A DNA stretch of 64,000 nt, from NCBI GenBank assembly GCA_964010765.1, contig CAXGMD010000005.1, forward strand, positions 1 to 64,000. The letters are read 5' to 3'. Positions 8,345-18,220 of this stretch are shown piece after piece. The notes beneath the pieces were generated by a model. It worked only from the letters and a program-made list of their open reading frames with translations, was not told the origin of the DNA and made no database searches. Each line of letters begins with the position of its first letter. The first letter of the stretch is position 1. The position numbers were made by a program, and so were the translations under genes. This DNA comes from an uncultured bacterium. Lineage in GTDB: Bacteria; SAR324; NAC60-12.

Positions 8345-10672
8345 TCAAGTTTCCTGCAAATTTACGATAAGTTTGAAACTTCCACGCTTGTATTCACGTC
8401 GATCTAGGATTTCCAGATAGTGAGAAGCAAGTTGATAAAGATTGTCATCTTCAAGCAAGAAATCCTCCGGTGTACACACTTGCAAGAGTTGAGAAAAATA
8501 TAAACGAGCATCGAAAAGATTGTGCTCTCTGTAGGCAAGTTCCCCTAGGTGATACAAGGTCCTCGGCTGGTCTCCCTGCAATTCCAAGCTTCTTCGCAAG
8601 GCCTCTTTTGCTTTGGATAACCATTCGAGACTCAGATAAAGCTTACCGGCTTCTAGAAGTAATCGTGCTTTTTCAACTGAGGTGATCTGAGATTGTTCTA
8701 ACAAGCGGTCCAAATGATTCAGAAACGTTTGAGGATTGCACTTCCTGTTGTTGAGGCGTGGAAAGTCCAGCAACTGGAAAGCCTGCATTCGCTCAGCTTC
8801 TTCATCTGTCAACTTTAGCATCTTTGCGGTTAGTACTTCGGAAAACAAAGTAGCTCGAAAGCGAGCATCCGTTCGGAACTCAAGTTTCCCATTACAATTT
8901 TTGCAGTTCAGTTTTTCAGGCATCCAAAGATCCTGATCTTGCAAAAGGCGTCTCTGCTCTACCAATTCGGCATCAATATATAGTTTTTGAATGGGGTAAT
9001 GATATGCAGATTGGCACTCCTGGCAGAAAATCCGAACATGTGGAACAATTTCTTGGCGGAAAACAACCTCTTCATCTGAAGGCATCAGATCCTCTTTGCC
9101 ATGCAGAAGACACAGTAAACACAACAACTGTCTGACGGAATTTTCTCCCTTTCGATAGTAACCTAGCAACTTTTCCAAAAATCGTTCATCAGGGACCTTT
9201 TCGATCAAATTGAGCAATTGATCAAAGTGATGATGGATCAAAAGTGGGAAATGCTCTACTACCTGATCTATCAGATGTGATGTTGGGTAGCGAATGAAGA
9301 GTTCCAGCGAGTAATCCAAGTGCTCATGCTGGCGAGATTGAACCAAGTCTGGAAACCATTTTTCATAGATTGCTGTCAGTTGTTCCATCAATTCCGTAAG
9401 CCGATACTGCCAAGGCCTCGGCAGAACCAATGGAAATGGGTAGAAGCGTTCGATTGAACCAGAGCCAACCAAGCGTAACAGCGCTTGTCGTGGATCTCCT
9501 GGAACAGGGCTCATCGAGGCATCTGCTGCAAACTGTCGAAGTTCGTTTGGTTGCAATAACAAATCTCTGAGAAACATCCTCATCCAGGTTTCGCGCAGTA
9601 AAGGAGACTGATATAAGCGCAGGCTGGATGCCATCTGATCTCTTGATTTCTCCAAAAATTCTGTTTCACGCAAACTAAGCCAAGCAGAAACAGGCAAGCA
9701 GAGAAGAAGCAAGAATTCTTGGTCCTGAATCTTCAGGATTGTCGAATCCCAATCAGTCGCGACAAGTTCCTTAAATTCTTGAAGACAAGGCCATTCGGAG
9801 GTCAATTCAGGGTGATCCAATGAGAGGCGCATTAGCTCTTCCAATGCTTGCAATAAAGGGGTAATCTCTTGCTGCCGGCGAAGCAGATCCAAGCGAGCCA
9901 ATAACTCCGATAATTCAACGTCGATTTGCATCGACAAACCGTAGAGACACTCCGGGTAGAGTTTTTGGAGAGACTTACCGAATTGCAATTGAGCTTGGAA
10001 CCATCGGATCAGTTCAGCACAATCAAACATGCTTGCCAAATGCTGAAAGAATTGGGGATCAGTGAAATGCACTCGGAAAAATCGATAATGACGCATCAAC
10101 CGTTCAATCTGGTCGGAACTTTGAACGCTTTGGCACAGATAACCAAACAAGCAGAGCGCCTTCATGTGATTTTCGCGCTGTTCCCAAAGTGCAGCCTCTA
10201 GTTCATCCCAAATTTCGGTATTTAGGCTCTGCACAAGGCACTTGATGGCGCACTGAAGATCAGCCAACTGAAGTTCCTCAGATTCCCATAAATGACGGAA
10301 CCATTGCGACAGGGCGGGTTTGAATGCGGTATATTTCAACTCTACAAGGGCAACAGCACTGGAATGTTTCAGCGAACCCTTAGAACGATTAAATAAGCCA
10401 AAAATTGGAAAAGCAAACTGCTTTAGATGATATCTTCCCACAAGATAAATTGCTGCTTCCCGACTCTCCACAATATCTGATTCCAATAACAAATGGACAA
10501 ACTCGGCCGCGCGTTCCTGCCAACACTCAATCAGTTGATAAACAGCCCACATACGAATCTGTCGGTGCTCAGAATGCAATAGATCAAGAGTTTGCTCGAA
10601 ACCTAAAACTCGAGGCCCCTGCCATCGAATAAGTTCTTTACCAAATTGCTGAATGTCGTCCTGTATTGCCAT
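8345..10672 (-). CDS. Hypothetical helical protein: HEAT-like N-terminus, two CxxC motifs, C-terminal TPR-like repeats
   Basis: 775-aa ORF. HEAT-like segments (RMWAVYQL, REAAIYLVG), CQEC...CKNC, and TPR-like AKEALRRSLEL...TLYHLGELAY. Confidence 0.7.
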   Translation of the reverse strand: MAIQDDIQQFGKELIRWQGPRVLGFEQTLDLLHSEHRQIRMWAVYQLIECWQERAAEFVHLLLESDIVESREAAIYLVGRYHLKQFAFPIFGLFNRSKGSLKHSSAVALVELKYTAFKPALSQWFRHLWESEELQLADLQCAIKCLVQSLNTEIWDELEAALWEQRENHMKALCLFGYLCQSVQSSDQIERLMRHYRFFRVHFTDPQFFQHLASMFDCAELIRWFQAQLQFGKSLQKLYPECLYGLSMQIDVELSELLARLDLLRRQQEITPLLQALEELMRLSLDHPELTSEWPCLQEFKELVATDWDSTILKIQDQEFLLLLCLPVSAWLSLRETEFLEKSRDQMASSLRLYQSPLLRETWMRMFLRDLLLQPNELRQFAADASMSPVPGDPRQALLRLVGSGSIERFYPFPLVLPRPWQYRLTELMEQLTAIYEKWFPDLVQSRQHEHLDYSLELFIRYPTSHLIDQVVEHFPLLIHHHFDQLLNLIEKVPDERFLEKLLGYYRKGENSVRQLLCLLCLLHGKEDLMPSDEEVVFRQEIVPHVRIFCQECQSAYHYPIQKLYIDAELVEQRRLLQDQDLWMPEKLNCKNCNGKLEFRTDARFRATLFSEVLTAKMLKLTDEEAERMQAFQLLDFPRLNNRKCNPQTFLNHLDRLLEQSQITSVEKARLLLEAGKLYLSLEWLSKAKEALRRSLELQGDQPRTLYHLGELAYREHNLFDARLYFSQLLQVCTPEDFLLEDDNLYQLASHYLEILDRREYKRGSFKLIVNLQET

Positions 10673-11819
10673 GTCGAATCCTGCAACTAGCGCTCTATAC
10701 GTTCACATCCCATTTTGCCATCGAATTTGCCCCTTCTGTTCCTTCGCAGTTCGGAAAAATCGACCAAGTGTCCATAGGGAATACTTGGAAGCCGTTCTAC
10801 TCGAAACTAGACGTCGAGTCCAAGGTATCACAACTAACGACTTGGAATCACTCTATATTGGCGGAGGTACTCCAACTGTTCTTTCATCAACCGAAATTAT
10901 TTTCCTGATGCAAGGCATCCGCCAGTCCTGGCCACACTCAAGAGACTGTCAGATATCAATCGAGTGCAACCCAGAGGATGTTAAATCCGATTATTTGGGG
11001 ACACTCCTTAATTCAGGTGTAAATCGTTTGAGCATAGGTGTGCAAAGCTTTCAACAAGAATTTCTTCAAAGCTTGGGGCGTAATCACACCGTAGAACACC
11101 TTCATCAAAACTTAATTGCACTCAGAGATGTTGGTTGGACAAACTTCAATGTTGATTTGATGTTTGGCCTCCCTAATCAAACCTTAGAACAATTTCAATT
11201 TGACGTAAAAAAAGCACTCGAATGGGACCCCACACACTTGTCATTCTATGCACTTGAATTGGCCGAACAAACCCCTTATGGCAAAAGCGAGAGAATTCGA
11301 AAGTCTTGGCAGGAAGCTCAAGAAATTACCACTGATATGTATTTGTGGGCTACGGATTATTTGGAAAATAATGGGTGGGAGCACTACGAGGTTTCCAATT
11401 TTGCCAAACCAAACTGTCAGAGCCGAATGAACCAAATGGTGTGGAATGGTTCAGGATATCTAGGAGTGGGAGTTGGTGCTCACTCTTATGATGGACAAAG
11501 CAGATGGGGGAATCTGAGGTCTCTTCACCGATATTTACAATTGTTGGAAGAAAATTGTTGGCCCACAGCTTTCTCAGAAAATCTTACTGACACTGAAAAA
11601 GCGAACGAATTCCTGATGCTCCAATTGAGACAAACAAAGGGACTATCACTAAAGAAGTGGGAAGGAAAATTTGCTCCCAAAAATTGGATGGACACTCATT
11701 TTGATTTATTGAGAGCTTGGCAAAGAGAAGGATTGTTAAATTGGATGGGTGATCGAATCGTGCTTACAAAAAAAGGATTACTGGTTGCGGATGCTCTGAC
11801 TGCCGAATTAAGTTTTTGA
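10671..11819 (+). CDS. hemW: Radical SAM heme chaperone HemW / HemN-like protein
   Basis: LYVHIPFCxxxCxFC, YIGGGTP, NRLSIGVQSF, DLMFGLP, YEVSNFA. ATG 10671 chosen as start. Confidence 0.88.
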   Translation: MSNPATSALYVHIPFCHRICPFCSFAVRKNRPSVHREYLEAVLLETRRRVQGITTNDLESLYIGGGTPTVLSSTEIIFLMQGIRQSWPHSRDCQISIECNPEDVKSDYLGTLLNSGVNRLSIGVQSFQQEFLQSLGRNHTVEHLHQNLIALRDVGWTNFNVDLMFGLPNQTLEQFQFDVKKALEWDPTHLSFYALELAEQTPYGKSERIRKSWQEAQEITTDMYLWATDYLENNGWEHYEVSNFAKPNCQSRMNQMVWNGSGYLGVGVGAHSYDGQSRWGNLRSLHRYLQLLEENCWPTAFSENLTDTEKANEFLMLQLRQTKGLSLKKWEGKFAPKNWMDTHFDLLRAWQREGLLNWMGDRIVLTKKGLLVADALTAELSF

Positions 11820-11823
11820 TTTC

Positions 11824-12690
11824 TCAGTAGATACAGGGTTGGTGCTTCTCGCAATCTTTGATGTATTGCATTAAGTCTTCAGGTGCCAATCTGTGATTTG
11901 AGCTTTTCGGTACAAATCTACTCAGAAAGCTCCGTTTCAAAGGCCAACCAGACATGGCCAAGAAGAGCCCAAAGGTGTTTAGTGAAATCTGCTGCAGGGA
12001 GTTCCAGTCAGTTTTGTATGGCAAGGGTTTTTCCTTGTAATCTGTATAAGATTTTCTTCGCGCAGCCTGCAGAACAACTGTATTGAATGGCGAACCCAAT
12101 TGAAAAGATGCCCAGTTGTTTTTTATTGAAAATCGATATTTTGGCAGCCCTTGATCCTTAATGAAGGTTAGGTTGTCCTGCCATTGATTCAACCAGAATT
12201 TATTTTCTAGATAAAATTGAACAGCATTTCGCCAACGCCAATCGGTTTCTAGTTCAATCCCTTGAAAACTATTTTCGAATGCAACTTCTTCTACCAAAGC
12301 TAGAACTTTTTTTCCAAGGCCGAGACCACGAAATGCTGGCAATAGGTAGAGGCTCCCCACAAAAAGTCGATTCTTACCAATGGTTGGACGGCCTAGAGCT
12401 ATTATCCCCGCTCGATCATCAGATGCTTTGATCCAAAAGTGCTGGTACTTCCCCCAAGCCTCAGGACCCAAGAAGGATTCTGTCTGTAGCAAACATCGGT
12501 TGCGCCAATATCGTCTCTGCTGATTACTCCACCCATTTGGATCTTCAATAATTCCACATCGGTTTTCGACAAGAATTGCCAAATCGTGATCAGCCCAGGC
12601 TTGGGCTTCTTCCGGATCACCTAGATCTAGTTGCTCGAAGGTCCCACCTATCACGAAATTATCAAATTTGAGAAAACGATTCGGAATCAT
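11824..12690 (-). CDS. GNAT-family acetyltransferase
   Basis: LYLLPAFRGLGLG acetyl-CoA motif, AVQFY. Confidence 0.8.
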   Translation of the reverse strand: MIPNRFLKFDNFVIGGTFEQLDLGDPEEAQAWADHDLAILVENRCGIIEDPNGWSNQQRRYWRNRCLLQTESFLGPEAWGKYQHFWIKASDDRAGIIALGRPTIGKNRLFVGSLYLLPAFRGLGLGKKVLALVEEVAFENSFQGIELETDWRWRNAVQFYLENKFWLNQWQDNLTFIKDQGLPKYRFSIKNNWASFQLGSPFNTVVLQAARRKSYTDYKEKPLPYKTDWNSLQQISLNTFGLFLAMSGWPLKRSFLSRFVPKSSNHRLAPEDLMQYIKDCEKHQPCIY

Positions 12691-12694
12691 TTCT

Positions 12695-13342
12695 TTAAAG
12701 AAGCCAATCTGCAGGAAGTTGACTTTGAATTTGATGTTGAATTTTTTCTATTGATTGGGAGGCATCAATGGACGCATACCGTTTTGATTCACTCCTCAAC
12801 AATTCTCTGAAAGAAAGATCTACTCTTTGGAAAAACTTTACTGATTCCAAATCTAGCCTTGAGAGTCCCACACCCCCATTGGCCTCTCGTTGACGCAAGC
12901 GTTCAAGAGCGATTTCCGGAGATAATAATAAAATGAACGTTTTGTCAGGTTGAAAAGGTTGAATCTTCTGCCGGACTATGGAGTCAAGAAAGGCCAAATC
13001 TAAATTACGCCCACCACCCTGATAAGCGACGGTAGAATCATGGAAACGATCACTTATTACCCACGTTCCTTCAGCAAGTGCTGGAACCACCTTCTCCTGA
13101 AGATGCTGAAGTCGATCTGCCAAGTACAAGAGGAGTTCGGTTTCAGGAATCATCTCCTGATTTTCAGGATTCTGTAACACCTGCCGAATTGCTTTCCCGA
13201 TTCTTGTTCCTCCAGGTTCTCGGGTCAGTTCTGTGTTGATACCCCTTCCAAGCAAAAACTCACTAAGCAATCTGGCCTGGGTACTTTTCCCACAACCGTC
13301 AATTCCCTCCAGAGTAATAAATCGTGGTGGAATCTTACTCAT
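12695..13342 (-). CDS. tmk: Thymidylate kinase
   Basis: FITLEGIDGCGKSTQ, TREPGG, SDRF..S..AYQG. Start moved to ATG 13342. Confidence 0.96.
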   Translation of the reverse strand: MSKIPPRFITLEGIDGCGKSTQARLLSEFLLGRGINTELTREPGGTRIGKAIRQVLQNPENQEMIPETELLLYLADRLQHLQEKVVPALAEGTWVISDRFHDSTVAYQGGGRNLDLAFLDSIVRQKIQPFQPDKTFILLLSPEIALERLRQREANGGVGLSRLDLESVKFFQRVDLSFRELLRSESKRYASIDASQSIEKIQHQIQSQLPADWLL

Positions 13343-13358
13343 TGCAAAACATTCAATT

Positions 13359-14645
13359 TTAATTGAATTGATGACTTCGAGAGCGGAGAACAACAGAGAA
13401 TAAAACAGCCGGAATAACTAGAATTCCAGCTGTAAACCAACTCTCTTGTTCTACAAAAATACTTAGAAATCCACATGATAAGAGGCCAATCAGTGATACC
13501 CACTTTGGAAAAATTTGATCATGATCTTTGAGCCGAAGTGCTGCCAGATTTGTGATTCCATAGTAGAGAAGGACAGTCACTGCACTTAAAGACCATGTCA
13601 TGCGAACATCACCCATCAAACATAGCGCAGCGACAACAACACCTGTGAAGAGAACAGCTAGTCTTGGGTTACTTTGAGTATCCAATTTAGCAAAAGATTT
13701 TGGTAGATGATTTCTTCGCCCAAGAGCCAGATAGACTCTTGAAAGTCCAAGAACTAGATTCAGTAAAACACCCAGCATCGCAGTGATGGCACCTACCTGA
13801 ACACATGTCTCTAACCAAGGCTGCTCAAAAGCCTGCACTACTACTTCTAGGCGAAGGGATTGATTTAAACCACCTCCGAGTCCTAAGTCAGCCAAATACT
13901 GATACTTTGTCAGGACCCAACCAACAGAGGCGTAAAGTAGCCAGGAAACTCCCAAAGTTGCACAAATGGCCAATGGAATTGTTCTTCGTGGCTCTCTCAC
14001 TTCTTCCCCCAAAGTAGCTATTCTACCGTAGCCTGTATATGCAACGAACAATAGTGCCGTGGCTTCCAGCAGCCCTTTTGGAGCTAATTGATCGTCTCTC
14101 AAGTTAGAATCAGCAGTCGTCCCTATAAAAGCAGCAAATAGAACAAAAGAAACTAATGATAATATCGTTATCAGAACGATAGCGATATTGAACTGATTCG
14201 ATCTTCTAAGGCCAAATAACACTAAGCAGGTGACCAACAAAGAAAGAGCAGCACTTCCAAGTCGCAAAGCAAAATCAGTAAGCTCCAAATTGAGTGCAGC
14301 AGCGGAAAAGCTCAGTGCTCCCATTGCAGCAGTAGCAGCGGAGGCACTTTTAGCCGTTAGAAATAGCCATCCGGCAAATATACCAACTAACGGGTGCAGG
14401 GTTCTGTAAGCATACTCATAGGTCCCTCCACTGACAGGGAAAGCAGCCGCCAATTGCGCACTGCTCAATCCGTTGCAGGCCGCAAGAATTCCTGCAAAAA
14501 GGAGAGCCAGCCCAATCCATTCTCCAACTTGGCCAATTACTAATCCAATGCTGACAAAAACCCCTGTCCCAAGAATTGACCCTAGGCCAAGAAAAATAGC
14601 TCCCAGGACACCAATCTCACGACGCAGAACCTCCGGATTTCCCAT
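13359..14645 (-). CDS. APC-family amino acid permease
   Basis: GSILGTGVF, P.SGG.Y.Y, AYTGY......EE, about 12 TM segments. Confidence 0.92.
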   Translation of the reverse strand: MGNPEVLRREIGVLGAIFLGLGSILGTGVFVSIGLVIGQVGEWIGLALLFAGILAACNGLSSAQLAAAFPVSGGTYEYAYRTLHPLVGIFAGWLFLTAKSASAATAAMGALSFSAAALNLELTDFALRLGSAALSLLVTCLVLFGLRRSNQFNIAIVLITILSLVSFVLFAAFIGTTADSNLRDDQLAPKGLLEATALLFVAYTGYGRIATLGEEVREPRRTIPLAICATLGVSWLLYASVGWVLTKYQYLADLGLGGGLNQSLRLEVVVQAFEQPWLETCVQVGAITAMLGVLLNLVLGLSRVYLALGRRNHLPKSFAKLDTQSNPRLAVLFTGVVVAALCLMGDVRMTWSLSAVTVLLYYGITNLAALRLKDHDQIFPKWVSLIGLLSCGFLSIFVEQESWFTAGILVIPAVLFSVVLRSRSHQFN

Positions 14646-14657
14646 GATTTCGATCGT

Positions 14658-15710
14658 TCAGAGTCTCAAGGTTTGACCGTGTTTCACTGTGATAAAGCTT
14701 TCTGGACTTAACTTCTTCTCTGTCAGGACTTCTTTCAGACGTTGTGATGGTTCCAGTAACGGTTCGTCGGTGAGATTCAAGAAAGTTCCCCAATGCATGC
14801 CAACAGAAAATCTGCTTTGAACGTCCTGATGAATTTGAACAGCTTCATCTGGATTGACATGCATGTCTTGCATAAACCATCTCGGAGCATAGGCCCCAAT
14901 CGGTATTAAGGAAATATCCATACTTCCGAAGCGTTCACCAATGTCTTTAGAGTCCTGAGAATAACCCGTGTCACCTGCGAAAAACATCTTCTGTTCAGGC
15001 GCCTCTACTGCCCAACCAGCCCAAAGTGTCTTGTTGGTATCGAATAGTCCTCTCCGACTCCAGTGCTGCACAGGTACGGCGTTCAATTGCCAGTCACCAA
15101 CTCTATGGCTTTGCCACCAATCAAGCTCGATCACTTTTTCCTTGATACCAATATCAGCAAACCAATCTTTCAAACCTAGTGGCACCAAAAACAGAGGTGG
15201 ATTTGCCGGCTGTTGTTCTACCAAAGCCGATGCAGTTTTCCGGTCTAAATGGTCATAGTGGTTGTGTGAGATAATGACGATATCAATGACAGGAAGATCC
15301 GTTAGAGATAATCCTGGTTCCACAAATCTCTGTGGTCCCAAAAAATTTACTGGCGATGCTCGTTGAGTCAAATGGGGGTCTGTAATCAAATTGACCCCTT
15401 GATATTGCCAGAGAAATGTCGAGTGTCCAATCCATGTCAGTGTTGGCACCGTTCGGTTTTCTCTGAGGAAATCAACATCTGGCTTGATCAATTCAAACTG
15501 AACGGGTTCTTGTGCGATCCGATTTTGACGCCAGCGCCATAACTTGGAAAAGCTTTTGGTCATCCTCTCAGGTGGAAGATAATTATTTTGAAAACCATCT
15601 TCTGTGTGATGGGTAGGCCGATTCTTGGCTAGCCCGTGAGAATCGATACAAGCACTCAAGGACATCAGCAAAGGAAGTGACAGGGCAGACAATTGTCGTC
15701 GGTAAAGCAT
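14658..15710 (-). CDS. MBL-fold metallohydrolase (NAPE-PLD/RomA-like), probable lipoprotein
   Basis: WIGHST, TDP, SHNHYDH, QHWSRR, GDTGY, PIGAY.P, HWGTF; N-terminal LSAC lipobox. Confidence 0.88.
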   Translation of the reverse strand: MLYRRQLSALSLPLLMSLSACIDSHGLAKNRPTHHTEDGFQNNYLPPERMTKSFSKLWRWRQNRIAQEPVQFELIKPDVDFLRENRTVPTLTWIGHSTFLWQYQGVNLITDPHLTQRASPVNFLGPQRFVEPGLSLTDLPVIDIVIISHNHYDHLDRKTASALVEQQPANPPLFLVPLGLKDWFADIGIKEKVIELDWWQSHRVGDWQLNAVPVQHWSRRGLFDTNKTLWAGWAVEAPEQKMFFAGDTGYSQDSKDIGERFGSMDISLIPIGAYAPRWFMQDMHVNPDEAVQIHQDVQSRFSVGMHWGTFLNLTDEPLLEPSQRLKEVLTEKKLSPESFITVKHGQTLRL

Positions 15711-15775
15711 TTTGAAACTAAGGAGGGAGTGAAGGCGTTCATCACTGAAAAAAGTGTAAGCTGATCTTTGTTCGA

Positions 15776-16786
15776 CTAGCTTAACAGATTTGGGTGTGCA
15801 TCCATGAGCAAATCGTCAAAGAGACCTGCTGCGTGGCGGTAAGAAGCCAGACAGGTAACCATTGCGGCATTGTCTGTACATAATTTAGGTGGAGGATACC
15901 AGAGTTCGATGCCTTGCTTTTTTGCTTCCTCCTCAAAGGCTTCTCTTAGAAATTTACTGGCCGCCAAGCCACCAGAAACTGAGAGGCGTTTTAAGCCATA
16001 GGTGTCTAAAGCTTGGAAGGTCTTATGAGTCAACACACGAGCCACACTTCTAAAAAAACAGGCCAATACTTCGGGCTCATCCTGTTTTGCCTTTTCAGGT
16101 TCTTGTTCTTTAAATCTCAGAAGTGCTGTCTTAAGCCCACTGAATGAAAAATCAAAATCTGGTTCATGAATGCGAGGGCTTGGGAACTCGTAACTGCTTC
16201 CTGGATTGCCAACAGCAAAACGGTCTACAACGGGTCCTCCCGGCATTGGATAGCCAAACAATTTCGCTACCTTATCCACACACTCTCCCGCTGCATCATC
16301 CATACTTCGACCAACAATTTCGTAATCGAAGTGATCTTTAGCATGCATCAGAAGAGTATGTCCTCCAGCAACTACCAAATGTAATATTGGATACTGAAAG
16401 GGTTGACCTGAGAGAACACCCGCGTAGGGATGCGCTTCAACGTGGTTTAGACCGATGAGAGGAATCTTCAATGAGAACGCAAGCGTTTTGGCGACCATCA
16501 CTCCAACTAGAAGAGCTCCTAGTAATCCTGGTAAATTACTCACAGCAATGTAGTCCAGGTCTTCCAACTTCACATCTGCTTTACGAGATGCCTCATCGAT
16601 CAAAGCATGAATCACTTCGAGGTGTTTACGGGCTGCTCGCTCTGGAACAACGCCTCCAAATTCTGCATGGTCTCGATATTGAGATAATGTCAGGTTTGCC
16701 AGAATTTCTTGGTGCCCGCGCAGGATTGCAACTGATGTATCATCAAATGTTGTATCAATCCCGAGTCCCAAGGCATCTTTAGTCAA
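15776..16786 (-). CDS. tsaD: tRNA threonylcarbamoyltransferase
   Basis: GGVVPE.A.R.H, NHVEAH, GGHT, DDAAGE..DK, FSFSGLKT, CTDNAAM. Confidence 0.95.
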   Translation of the reverse strand: MTKDALGLGIDTTFDDTSVAILRGHQEILANLTLSQYRDHAEFGGVVPERAARKHLEVIHALIDEASRKADVKLEDLDYIAVSNLPGLLGALLVGVMVAKTLAFSLKIPLIGLNHVEAHPYAGVLSGQPFQYPILHLVVAGGHTLLMHAKDHFDYEIVGRSMDDAAGECVDKVAKLFGYPMPGGPVVDRFAVGNPGSSYEFPSPRIHEPDFDFSFSGLKTALLRFKEQEPEKAKQDEPEVLACFFRSVARVLTHKTFQALDTYGLKRLSVSGGLAASKFLREAFEEEAKKQGIELWYPPPKLCTDNAAMVTCLASYRHAAGLFDDLLMDAHPNLLS

Positions 16787-16813
16787 ATTTAATCTCTCAA
16801 GTATGTTGCTGCA

Positions 16814-17512
16814 TCAGAGCAAGACGTGAATATCATAAAAGGCATGAGTATAGGCAGTCACTGCAAATCCACGCACAAAATAAAGTACTGTGAACAATAA
16901 GCCAGCTACCCAGCGAAACAGGAAGCTATGCAAATCAAAGTCGTCTCCCAGACTACCGACATAATGAGCTAAGGCAAAGAGAAATGAGGCGGCGAGGATC
17001 GCAATCACAGCAGTTAAGACCGTACTCCGCAAAATTGGGTGTAAGCCGAAGAACAAACCATTTAACAGCAGCACTCGAAAAACAAATTCTTCGTATAACC
17101 CCGCACCAATTGAGAGGGCGAGTTTCTGAGCTGTCTGGTTACCAATCAAGAGATCCAAAACACTGGAGTATAAGAGTAGGTTCACCAACACTCCCAGGAC
17201 CATGCTGTAAATGAAGGCCTCTAGAAGTAAGATCCCAGCATGATTTAGTGGCAAGCCCATCTCAGGTCTTTTTAATCGAAGCCAGACGAGAGCACCAATC
17301 AGAATACCGATCAAAACAAAGGTCACGTGTTGTGGCCGAATTTCAAACGCCTGAAACACGTAGCGCACCCAAACATCCATTGCGTTACGGATCTGCCAGG
17401 TTCCTCCCGTGTCGCTCAAAAGCAATAGGATCTCGTAGCAAACCAATAGGGGTAAGGCTAGAAGCACGGAGGCATAGGGGCTCCTAGTCGTCTCCCAGTA
17501 GGAAGGCATCAT
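16814..17512 (-). CDS. CPBP (CAAX/Abi) intramembrane metalloprotease
   Basis: EEFVFR, FALAH and HAFYD motifs; multiple TM segments. Confidence 0.88.
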   Translation of the reverse strand: MMPSYWETTRSPYASVLLALPLLVCYEILLLLSDTGGTWQIRNAMDVWVRYVFQAFEIRPQHVTFVLIGILIGALVWLRLKRPEMGLPLNHAGILLLEAFIYSMVLGVLVNLLLYSSVLDLLIGNQTAQKLALSIGAGLYEEFVFRVLLLNGLFFGLHPILRSTVLTAVIAILAASFLFALAHYVGSLGDDFDLHSFLFRWVAGLLFTVLYFVRGFAVTAYTHAFYDIHVLL

Positions 17513-17523
17513 AAAGCTTTAGA

Positions 17524-18210
17524 TTAGATTCTTGTGATTTGAACGGAATCGATGAAATTCAAGCGGCGTAGCTCAAAGGCGCGATCTTCGGCCTTATCCT
17601 TGGGCACCTTGCCCACACGTACTCGGTAGAGAACACTGTTGTCCTGATTAATGTGCGTATGAATATACGCATCAGGAAAGCCCTTCTCACGCAGTTGATT
17701 GAGCACATCCTCAGCATTTTTTCGCAATTTTGAAGAAAATACTTGAACAGTATAACTTGAACTTGGCTCTGAAGGACGGGCTTGATCGACTGATTCCATG
17801 TTTTCTTCATTAGCCGACTTCAATTTGAGATCTGGAGTTGCTACTGCAGGAAGTGCAGGAGGCTGTAAAAGATCGGTCGGACGAGGTGAATTCTTAATTG
17901 TGTTGGCTGCAGAACTAAGAGCCTCCGTACGCTGCTGAAGACGGTCTAATCTTGGTAAATCTAGATTTATTTGATCTTCCAGGGGTTCACTCAGCCCAAA
18001 AAAACGAAGATCTTCTTTTTTAAGATCTGGGGCTTCTGGACGATTTGTTTCCTGAGAAGCAATGTTTGCTTCTGGTAACTGGCGCATGCTTTGCCCCGTG
18101 ATCATACCCATGTAGAAACTAACCACTAAGCTAAATCCACTTATTACCAGAATCATCATTGCAACCGGATAGGAAAGTTTCAGCAGAAACATTGCTTTTT
18201 GTTTAGCCAT
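17524..18210 (-). CDS. SPOR-domain membrane protein
   Basis: N-terminal TM helix; C-terminal YTVQVFS...NA....L..KG...YRVRVG. Confidence 0.88.
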   Translation of the reverse strand: MAKQKAMFLLKLSYPVAMMILVISGFSLVVSFYMGMITGQSMRQLPEANIASQETNRPEAPDLKKEDLRFFGLSEPLEDQINLDLPRLDRLQQRTEALSSAANTIKNSPRPTDLLQPPALPAVATPDLKLKSANEENMESVDQARPSEPSSSYTVQVFSSKLRKNAEDVLNQLREKGFPDAYIHTHINQDNSVLYRVRVGKVPKDKAEDRAFELRRLNFIDSVQITRI

Positions 18211-18220
18211 GAAGATTCCG

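Noticed and set aside
16814..17512. CPBP/Abi protein as a phage defence system
   Set aside because: It sits in a housekeeping run (aat-SPOR-CPBP-tsaD) with no defence-island context.
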